From: Trichinella spiralis
Taxonomy: Eukaryota
Length of the DNA stretch: 64,000 nt
NCBI RefSeq assembly: GCF_000181795.1
Contig: NW_003526944.1
Coordinates: 124,001 to 188,000 of the forward strand
Direction: 5' to 3'
In this document: piece by piece, positions 37,601 through 48,300 of the stretch
Layout: every line of letters starts with the position of its first letter
Numbering within the stretch: the stretch's first letter is position 1
Notes under the pieces: generated by a model
The model's input: only the letters and a program-made list of their open reading frames with translations
Database searches by the model: none
What the model was told of the DNA's origin: nothing
Translations under genes and position numbers: made by a program

Positions 37601-40600
37601 CTTTGCTTTTCGATTGCACAAATCCAATACTACTGCACAACAGCAGGCAAATTGATCATTTTAAAATTGCACGTTCCTTTTAAATACTTCAAAATGAAAT
37701 AGAGCAAACGAAACAAAGCAAAAAGAAACCTTTTCCCCTAATTATCTTTGCATAGCAGCTGGTTATTTTTTAACAAACAAATGAATAAATAAACAAATAA
37801 ATAATGTCTGAGTTTAAATAATTTCCAAGCAAGTGCGGAAATCAGTGGAGCAAGACCCGAGTGTTCGCACGCGCAAGCGAGTTTCCCCCGCAGAGGATCC
37901 ATCCACACGTGCCGTTGGCCAGCTATCATCTATTTAATTGATGATTTCCAACGAACAATGGAATCTGCTACTTTGACAGATGAATGAAAGAACGGAACTG
38001 GCTGACGTTTCCGTTGAACACGTGTGTTGCAAGTCGCACACACAAACGCGCACACACGATTCCCTTGCAATGAGGCTATTTGAAATTTTCCTCATTTATT
38101 GCATGTTTTTTCTCCTTTTTCCATTCGCTCAACTTTGCCTCACTTGTCAGACCAATCGAATCCAAGCTTCGAGCCAAACAACAACTGGCATGCGTTGAGT
38201 GGTAGTTACGCGTGACCATTGCTCCCATTCATCGCAAAATGCAACAACAGCAGCTATTCATTCTTGAACGACCGCTTTGTAGAAATAAATTATCTAGCTA
38301 ACAAGCATATGAAAACGTTGAAAAAAAAACCCTCAACGTCTTCAACTCGCCTTCTTCACTCTCTCCCTCTCTCTTTCGGCTTTCAATTCTATCAATCCAA
38401 CTAACTACCTCCTCTGAACTAACTAGTCAGTTAGCTAAAGAAACCGACACTCCTGAAAAGCTATTTTCACTTTCGTTCCGCAAAAGCATTCCTGCTGAAA
38501 AAGCATTTTTCACCACATCTCTCTCTGCCTTGGAAAGTTTCACAAAATTGCTATCATGCTATTTGTTTGACAGCAATAATAAAAGAAAAAAAACTTCATT
38601 CTTTTTTAATGATTTGCCGTTAAAAAAACCTTAGATAATTCAATGCTTGTTTGTTTGTTTAATACGTTTTGAAACATTATCAATGCCTTAAACTTGAAAA
38701 AACAACTACCACTGTCCAGTGTTAATCGACAACAATAAATGAATGACAAGCCAACATTCATAATAGCTTGTTTTTCGCAATTTTTAGAAATTCAATTGGC
38801 TCATTACTTTTTCTACTCATTCAAAAATAGCTCACAACGACTAAATAAATCGATCGATAAATACTTTCAACACTACGATGAGATGTGGCTTTGCAAAAAT
38901 TAATGCATAACAAAAAAACATGTTTGAATAACTTGAAAAATTTTTTGTCAATGATGAAAAAATTAAAAAAAAGCAGTGCCAACAACAGCATATTGCTTCG
39001 TTTCAACAGAATAGAACCGTTACAGTTAATTAGAAAAAGAAGAAAATTATACCAAAATAAATAATCGCTGCTATTAATTCAGCAAATTGAACATGCAATG
39101 TATAAAGGCCTTAATTTGCAAAGATTGGATCACTGCCCCTATACTGCATCATCATTTTGCTTAAGCAAACAACTGAATCATTGAAACTCAACTGAAAAAA
39201 CAACAACAACGTAAGATGAAATTCATTTAATTAAGGTGGAAAGCTACAGCTAGAGAAAGACAAGAAAAACATTGTTGTTGTTGTCTTGTTCGTTTTGGAA
39301 AATATTCACTCACCATTGAATAAGCCATCTTTTCTTTGCAATATTACAACAAGCGGTTTTTTACCGTTCGATAAGCAGCAGAGAGGATTATATTATAGAG
39401 AAGAAAACTGCACGTGCGTGAGAGGAACGTCGCACGCTCGCGGGCGGGGCAAAAATGAACACGAGCGCACGGGCCGTTTTTCTGCTAACACTCGCCTCAG
39501 TGAGGAGCGAGGATCGATTTTTTTTTCTCTCCTCTAAAACCTCAGGCTGTCGTCGACTGCCGCAGTTCAGCTTCTTCTCGCGCTTGGCCAGCACGGCGAC
39601 CGACCGCTAAGCGCGCTTGTGTCAATGCGATTAATAGCGGCGTTTGCGGACTGCACAATGCAACAACGTTCCAAAAATGGAAAGCCCACAAAAAGCATCT
39701 CTGAAGATCCACCCCCGTCGATCATCGATCCACTGAAAGCGGTCATCTTGCTCGCCCTCCGCAACCAACCAGCTCAGGGCGGGTTGCCTCTTGGTTGGTT
39801 TTGTGATTAAAATCGAATGTGAGCAAAGAAAAAAACCAGAAAAAACAAAAGAACACTATGAAAAGCCTCTTTTTGTGTAAACAGATGTCATTCAAAAATA
39901 AACAACAAGCTTCGAAGCCAAAAAAGAAGACAAACAACGACGAGCTACAGAAACAACATTAGCAATTTTTCAAAAACATCTTTTCCTCTGATTGGTCGCA
40001 GTTGTTGACAAAAAATAAAAAGAAACATGCCAACAGGCCAATATTTTTACAAACAACCTCACTTCTGAGCCAATCACAACGACTTACTTACTGCTGGTCG
40101 TCCTATTATTCGCTGGTAGCAAAAACAGCAATCAATATTTTGGGAGTAGCAATAGTAGTAGTAGTAGTATTATCAGTGACACAAACGTCACAACATACCG
40201 CCCTTGTTATTACTGATGTTCTTTTCAACCTCTGATAATAATTTGACCATTTCATTTTAGTCTCAAATACAGTCATCAAAATAATAATTTCTCTTTCATT
40301 ACGTAACTGATGTCAGAGCTATGCGAAACTTATTTCAAATTAAAAAATTTCAAATTCAAATTCAAACAAAATTTTTCAAATTCAATTAAAGTTCTATATA
40401 TCTATACATTTGCTGCTTATAAATTTCAAATAAACCAAAAAAATTGAAAATTAATTTTGTTTCACACTGATTGTTTTTGACATTTTAAGAAAATCAAGAT
40501 CTAATAATCAATTCAAAGCAAAAATGGTCATGAGCAAGAGTGGAGTAACTGTTTTGTCCTGTTTTTTTTTTCAATTTATCATCTGTTCTAAAAAATAACA

Positions 40601-43033
40601 TTTGAAAAAGTGAAAAAAATTTCAGCAAAACTGAATGAACTAACTCAGCAAGAGAGCTGCAAAAATTGTTGTTGCAATCAGCGTGCAACAAGAAACTGAC
40701 AATGACTTCGACTTTCGCATTTCCAATCTAATTTTTCATTTTTTACCGTTACCAACAACGGCAGGCAACGTTGAAAAAAGATCAAATCTCGTGAGGAAAT
40801 CGAAACCGCTTCTCGTTTGATGATAGCTGAGAATGGAACAAATAACAGAAATGCAAATCAATAAATGAATAATGGAAATTTTGCTATTTTTGTTTATTTG
40901 GTTTTTAATAGTAAAAATTCGATCTGCCACTGTGAAAACAATAAACAACACTTTTAAAAATACAATCGCACCACTCATATTATTTGTCGTCGAAAGCTCA
41001 TAGAAAGAAGCATTTCAGTTTTCAGAAGAAACTTCACTAGCACCAGTTTGTTTGTTATTTAAAAGAAGGCGAAAGAAAAAGCAAACAAGTGAGAAACAAG
41101 TAAGCAAGCAATTTATATTTAACCTACAAGTATTGTAGAGTATAAATTTAAATTTAGAAACTTCCTTAAAGATTCTCTTTCGGTTTCCACTAAAATTGCA
41201 TAATCAAAATAATTTACAATGAGAATAATAAGAACTGTTATTGTATGCAAAGCAGAGCAGTCAGTTCTAATCCCAATGGTGAAACAGCACATGTACTGAT
41301 TGATGAGACAGTAGCTACGCGCTTTGTGAAAAACGCAAATTGCTCATATAATCAATTTTCTTCACAGCAACAGCGAAAGAAAGTTACAGCGGTATGACGA
41401 AAGCGTAAAATGACGCAAGAGGTCACTTTTTCCATTTTCAAACCACACTATTGATCGTGTCAAAAATAGCACAACAATAGAATGCAAAAAATTTGTTTTT
41501 CCACTGTCATTGCAAAAAAAATTTCACAGTAATTTCCATTCAAAAATATTCTATCTAGCTCATTATTTCCACCGTCCCAAATGACAAAAACAACACAGTT
41601 GTTTACTTGATGATAAGTGTCCGTTGAAAAAACGAATTCAAAGAGAACCACTTAACCAGGACTGACAGTGCATCTGACATTCAATAAAATGTGTCTTTTT
41701 TCCAGTACTTCATTAAGCATCTGTTTGTTGTCAGTGTGAAAATTATTGGTAATTAAGCGCTACGTAACCAGCTAATTAAAAAAAAGTCATCATCATTGTG
41801 CAGCATTTTTCCATATAACTGTGAATCGTTCTTCAAACGAAACGGCAGAAAATTTCAATAATGGATTTATCTGACAAGCAGAAACTTAATTACGCCATCA
41901 GGAGGGTTGTTTGCTCAAAATTCCGCCCGTCAATAAACTGGCCATATCTCCGCCCTCTTGTTTTCAACTATCCGGCAAGTGAAAACAAACAACAGCTATT
42001 TTGTGAAGTACTTTCGTGATTATAAATATAGCTGTGGGCGTTTCTGATAGCTGGTCTTATTGTATATTCCTAGTCTGATATACATTAAAAGTTAAAACTG
42101 TTAAATAAAATGAAAACGTCCACCAATGAATATTAAGCTAGATTTTCCCTTTTTAGTCAGGTATGAGTAATAAAGATGATCAGTTGTACAACTACACAAT
42201 AACAGTTTCTTTACGAAATTCTTCAGCAAATTCGTGCACAAAAATGCATTACGCCAAAAAGCTTTCCAGCATATATATGACTTTTTTCAGTATCTATCAA
42301 ATCTTTACCTTTATTCGTTTCAAATCACTGTCATCTCCGTGAAAATTGTTAGCTAATGTTTACAGTAATTCACATTATGCTTGAAAGTCATGATGAATAC
42401 TGTACTCATAATGAGGCATGTAAAACTTTTCGAAGGTGAACATTTCGCAGTAAAAATGGTTCAGCAACAAATGCTACAGAAATACATGTCTACAATTTTA
42501 AATGGTAACCTAAACTAAAAACTATTGTGGGTTGTACTGAAGAAAAAACCTTTAAAATTCACAATTCAGCAATTCATGTACCCGTTTAAATTTGAAAGCT
42601 TCAAATTTCAGCTACTAAAATCCTTTCATGGCTACTTGCCCTCAAGTATTCATAAACAACTCAGAGCTGCAATTAAACTGAAACAATAATATGTGACAAG
42701 CGAACCTTCTAAAAATCATTGTTCATGAATGCAAAAAAAGTAATAAACAAAAATAAAACAGTTGAAAAATGAGAATGCAACCTGTGTTAATCAAAAGTGA
42801 AAAAATCTCACGCACTTTGCCTTTCATTGTTCAATTGCCCTGCGGTAACAACCTCTTAAGAAATGAGACCAAATTTTTTGCACCTTCATCCAGACACTGA
42901 ATTATATCTATACATGTAGGGAAACATGTGTACACGCTCACATGTAGTTACGCCACACATAGATTAATTATTGGGAATTGATTTCCTTTAAAAATAAAAC
43001 CACCTGTTGAAAATAATACAAAAAATAACTTAC

Positions 43034-43397
43034 GAGGTAGGAGGTGTAGTTGAACAGAGTTCAGTGATGATCACTTGCCAGGCGCTCCGCCAGACAACAG
43101 ACCGCTCTGAACAAGTAGCTGAACTTCGCTTGAATTAGGAATACAAGTTACTAGGCTCACAGCTACTTGTTAGTATGCGTTCACGCTCCAACCGACAGCA
43201 CTTTACTAGATGAACAGTTACTGTTGTACATGCGCCCACATCACCGGATAAGGACGCGAATGCAGTAGTTCTGAACGTCTGCTGTTTGTTCTTCTGTATC
43301 TTCTTCTTCTTCTTCTTTTTATTTTCTTTACCCACCTCAGCTTCTGCTTTTTCTTCTATTTCTACTTTCTGCCGTACTTCTTTGCACAGTCGTTTTG
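43034..43397 (-). other. Candidate non-coding 5'UTR exon of hunchback (364 nt)
   Basis: Bounded by acceptor TTGTTTTACAG| (AG at 43399-43398) and donor |GTAAGT (43033-43028). It is GC-richer than its flanks and lacks their A-skew. It has a stop in the frame that would join the hunchback ATG and contains two short uORFs. Confidence 0.5.
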
Positions 43398-44264
43398 CTG
43401 TAAAACAATACGCAAATGTCAAAAAATAATAGAAAAGTATATTAGTAAGAAATAAAAAAAAAGATAGCGACACTAACGACGCGCGTGAAAAAACAGGACC
43501 TGCTTTCGGGTGAATAATGAAGAAAAAAAATTCAAGCTAACCATCAGGGTAAATAGTGGATCTAAGGAGTTGACGCATAAAATGAATAATAAACGCATGA
43601 AACGAGAAAAAGAACGAACCAAAAGGCAATAACCAGTATGTGTTGTGTGTATGTCATGTGTGAAAGCGAAGCACAAATCAGGCTGTTTTTCTAGTAAAAA
43701 TATTAACAAAAGCCATGAGCTAACCTAACAGAACCGATGTGCGCCAAATAATGGCTGTAAGAAAACGATATATTTTATTTTATTTTATTTTATTCCCTTT
43801 TTTGTAGGGAATTTTAAACACACTACACAGGAAATAGGAAAAAGCCGTTGATATGACAATCGCTTCAAGAATCTTTTCGAACACAAATGTTGAACAGAGT
43901 TATAGAAAATTAACAGATTACAAAGCCAAAAAAATATCTCAACTAATCAGCAAACAGTGCTCAAAATAATAGTGCCACTAATAATATCGAAACAGAACGG
44001 TTGTCGTCGTCGAATTACTACATCTCCCCTCCCTTTTTTTACAACCATCTGCTGGTCTTGACTATTTATGCGTGCGTTTTTCTCTCACCTTCCATTTCTC
44101 AATCTTTTTAGCTCTCTCGCACGTAAACACAAATACATTCAATAAAACTCACTCGCTGGCTGTCTCTATCTTTCGTTTCCTTTCACTCTTGTTCAGGTTC
44201 TAACTTGTTGGCAATATCAGCAGCGGTATTTTCTCTTTCCTTCCCACCCCCTCACTCATACATG

Positions 44265-44405
44265 CACACACACACACACACACTTTGTCTCTGTATCTCT
44301 ATCTCTTCCTCATTCTTGCTCTGCTTGTCCGTCTTTCTTTTGCTTCCTCTTTCGCGTTCTGCCTGTCCGTCTCTGTCTCTGTCTGTCTCTCTCACATTCT
44401 CTCAA

Positions 44406-44450
<45 letters not shown>

Positions 44451-44460
44451 CTCGTTCTCT
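44265..44460. repeat. (CA)n followed by a (CT)n-rich tract
   Basis: Direct reading; GA-rich in minus (transcript) sense. Confidence 0.9.
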
Positions 44461-45254
44461 GAGCGTTGTAAAAATACAATTGCCTCTAGCAAAGAAAATA
44501 ACTGGAAACTAAGCGAAAAACTAGCCTGAATGCGGCCACTGTCATGCAGAAGCAGGCTGACAAGAGAAAACTAGACGCCCAGGGCAGGGTCGTGGAAAAA
44601 CTGCTTTCTACCAATTAACAGTGAACAAACGAACTACCCCCTCCCATCTAAAAATTTCTACAACTTTTCAATACCTGCACTGCTCTATTTACATGTAGAT
44701 CACCCATCAGTAATTATTGTTTTCAGATCATTTTAAAATTTTCAAAAGTAAAAAAAAAGAGGAGAACATTTTTATAATGCAAAAAAATTGCCCATTAATA
44801 AGTAACCAACAATAATTTTTCTTAATTTTCACCTTCTTCACTTTCCCTTTCTTCCCCTATATATATACATATATATATACATCTACATGCTGCAAATAAA
44901 TCCATACAAATAAATACAAAATACAAAAAGAAATTTCATACATATTTTTGTTTGTTTGTAGTTCTCATAAAATCATAACAACTTTAACTCATAGCCGCAG
45001 TTGCGTAAACAGAAAAATAACTGTACAAGATAAATAGTTAAATGAAAAAATGCTAGAACATATCGTTACAAGATGGACACACAATTCCAAACAAACAGCA
45101 CGGCAGATATTATTTGTTGATGACAATTTTTGAAAAAATCAACCAGCACAGTACAGTAGAGCTCAGCTCGGCTCAATCTAACGAACCTAACCAGCAGCAA
45201 AGTCGACGGACGTTGTCGACTGCATACCATGGCAAAAGAAAATCTCATCTTCAC

Positions 45255-45320
45255 GCTTACGGCTGTTTCATGCTGACATGACGTCACTAACGACGCAGGT
45301 GGCCTAACACTGGTTATATA
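45255..45320 (-). promoter_or_regulatory. Candidate distal core promoter: TATA + Inr-like + CRE + splice donor
   Basis: Minus strand: TATATAA 45320-45314, TTAGT with its A at 45288 (32 nt downstream), palindromic TGACGTCA 45279-45286 and donor |GTAAGC at 45260. Confidence 0.3.
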
Positions 45321-48300
45321 AGCGCTGAGCGTTGATCGTATAAGCCGGCTCGAGAGGACAACACATTCGGCGATTGATCGACTTTTCGCTTTTTCAAAAG
45401 ATTCACAAATTGCTACTACTCAAAACCCACTTCAAGAATAGAAACAGCTCAATGAACCAATCAAGCTAAATCATCGTCATTTTCATCTTCATCATTACCA
45501 ACACTAAGAACAAATCCGAAGTTGCTCATCGCTCACTAGTGGTTAGCTCACTCACCTAGGCTAAAGAAGAATTGTGTTTTTCTTGCAACGCTTGCTTTGA
45601 CTGCGCGTTTTCAATCTTTTCAAATCTGCAGCTACCTAAACCAAAACGTGCCCTTTTCCTGTTCATTATTTAAGCTACAATTATTCACCACCGCAGCCTG
45701 GGTAAATATTAGGCGAAAATGGCGATTTATTTTCCAGATTTCCAACAAACACTATTGTATTTAGAAGCGAACAGACGGTCAAAAGAGACGTCCCCGTTCA
45801 CGAACGAACTGTAAACAAAATCCCGCTAACGTGATAACTGAAACGTCGTCCTTTTTACATAAATAGCGCATCAAAACGATTAGCGCCAGTTGTTGAAATT
45901 CGCTTTTTCTTCTGGGTCTTTCTGCTTATACACACACACACACACACACACATTATGTAGAGCACATTTGAAACAAAAATAGAAGATTTATTCAGTGGAA
46001 CGCTAATTGGCTACAGATAAAAGTGAATCTGGAAAAAACACGCCTCCACAATATACGCATACAATCGAAACTTACATGAAAAGCACAAAACATTTTAATA
46101 TCAGCGCTGGACAAATGTAAACATGCTAAAGCGCTCTTATAATCCGAAAGCGATGAAACGAAAACATCTACAGAATGATATTTTCATATTATGCAGATAT
46201 TCTAATAAATCAATAAAATCTATTCACTTTGAGCAGAAATAAATGATCGAAATTAAGAAAATGAAATTTCACACACTACGTGCATGCGAATATGTGAAAC
46301 AGAAAATAAGCAGGCCGAGTTACAGATAATCGATTGATAGACACATGTGAATGAATAAACAACTCGAAGATGAAACATTCATTATGCGCGTAAAAGGATG
46401 AAAAATAAGCCAAACCGGCTAAGTTGAAGAAGCTCGAAAAATCATAAACTGCTTGCCAAAGTTCGCTAACTTATTGTTGTTATTTAGCTTATCAAGGAAT
46501 GCAATAAACAAATAAACTTATAAAAAGAGTCTCTATTTTTGAGGACACCATAATCAAACAGCCTCGCTGTCGAGCAAGAAACATTGGAGAAAAATTGATG
46601 TTGAATAAATTTTTTGTTTTCTATTTATAAATGTGAAAGAAAAGAGTCATTTTCAAAAAATTGACATTGGTAATAACAATAACAATCGAATCCGTGAGCG
46701 CATCCGGACATGAAACTGTGGTATAGAGAACCACTTGCAGTGGCTGCTTCTTAATCGCTCGCTGCTGAAGAAGCGAATAGCCAGCTGCGCTTCCGGAGTC
46801 GATTACTTTTTTCCAAAGTGAAAGAAAAAGCACTCTTTGATTACGAGAGAGCAGCCGTCGTCAAACAACAACGAATGAATCAAAAGTCCTCTGAATCCCC
46901 CCTCCACCACCAACTCTGCAAGTTATTGCACAATTTGTCAGCTTCTTCGCTAAAAATTTAAGCAGCTTTCACTCTGTGCCACACCACACGTCAAAAGAGA
47001 AAACAACGACAGCCTTTCAACTTTTTTACTGGACAATCCCAACGCCGCTGGTCGCATTCGACGACCAGCAAGCTGTTTCACAGTTGTTCATTTTCGAGGA
47101 CACGCCTCCATCTGGCAAACGACCAGAATTCCGACAATTTGCCAAAAGCAATTTACCAATTCCAAATCGTCATCGCTCTTTCTTATTTACTACAGCGACT
47201 GCAGCTCTTTGCAGTGCCCTATTTTTTTTACTAACCCTTTAGCGCGAAGCAAAATAGCGACAGTAAAATTACAACATCATCCTTCTTACAGTAAGGTTCA
47301 GCTGATGTTCTCCGTCTACAAAGTTGAAAATAATAAAAGCTGCTACAGATGTGAAAATCAAATCAAAATTGGAATTGGAAAACATATTCTCAGCACTGAC
47401 ACACAGACAATGCAAATCAACAAGCATCCTTCCTCAACTACCTACCAAAGCAAAGCTACACCCCTGAGAAATGAAGTTAGCAAATGTCACCCATTCTCAC
47501 AAAATAATGCACTTTGAAAAAATCCTAATCTATGCGATACTGATAAATAGGCACTTTTTTGATGACCAGATCTAAAAGTAAGGCATAATTATTTGGGCTA
47601 GAGCGCCGCCAATGGCTACCAAAGCCAGATCGATGGTTAGCCTTTCTCGAAAAAGAAAGAAAGCACTGTTTTTGAATATCGCAACAAGCGCAAAAATCTT
47701 AATTGAATTCAAAGCTTCCTTCAATCGTTCGGTAATTCAATTTTCTCACTCTAAACTCTATTGACACAGCACTCACTATATGACTGCACAGAATCGCCAG
47801 TCGGCAATCATTTGACTAGTAAACAGAGTGGATATTAGCAGTGAGGTTGCAAATTTGATACATACAAATTAGTTTTGCCCGCTTTGCAAATCGAGCTGAC
47901 TAAGCAATCAAAAGCAAACTGTGAGCGATGGAATAAAAGTGACATCACCAAATCATCAAAGCAACAAACAAGCTATCGACAGAAGCTAAAAAACGCTCCA
48001 CAGCGTGTCAGTGAACGCCAATCATCATAACCGAATTGATAGCAATTTAAAAAGTTTGTTCATTCTCAAAAAAAATTCCCCTCAAAGCATTTATTCATTG
48101 CATCTGTAACATCGGTGGTAAATAAAAAGAATCAGTTAGAGTCATTTAAAATGTTCTCATAAATCTTACAATAACAATGCACAATAAAACACGTCAAAAA
48201 TTAACTGCGCAAAACATCTTTTGAACAACAGCTAATCTTCAAATAATTAAGCAGAATTCAAAATCACTACATGAATACGGTCAGAAATTAAAACGTTCAT

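Noticed and set aside
38385..38440. Minus-strand GGAGGTAGTTAGTTGG resembling let-7
   Set aside because: The flanks are purine-rich with only a short stem, and no pre-miRNA fold is evident.
43033..43080. Plus-strand CGAGGTAGGAGGTGTAGTT as a let-7-family miRNA gene
   Set aside because: There is no complementary star arm on either side, so no precursor hairpin. It is better read as a target site on the minus strand.
43143..43162. ACAAGTTACTAGGCTCACAG resembling the miR-125 complement
   Set aside because: It lacks the seed match and is on the wrong strand for the hunchback mRNA.
45424..45436. AACCCACTTCAAG resembling the end of a Trichinella spliced leader (from memory)
   Set aside because: It is not followed by a GT donor or Sm site, and a 13-nt match is compatible with chance.
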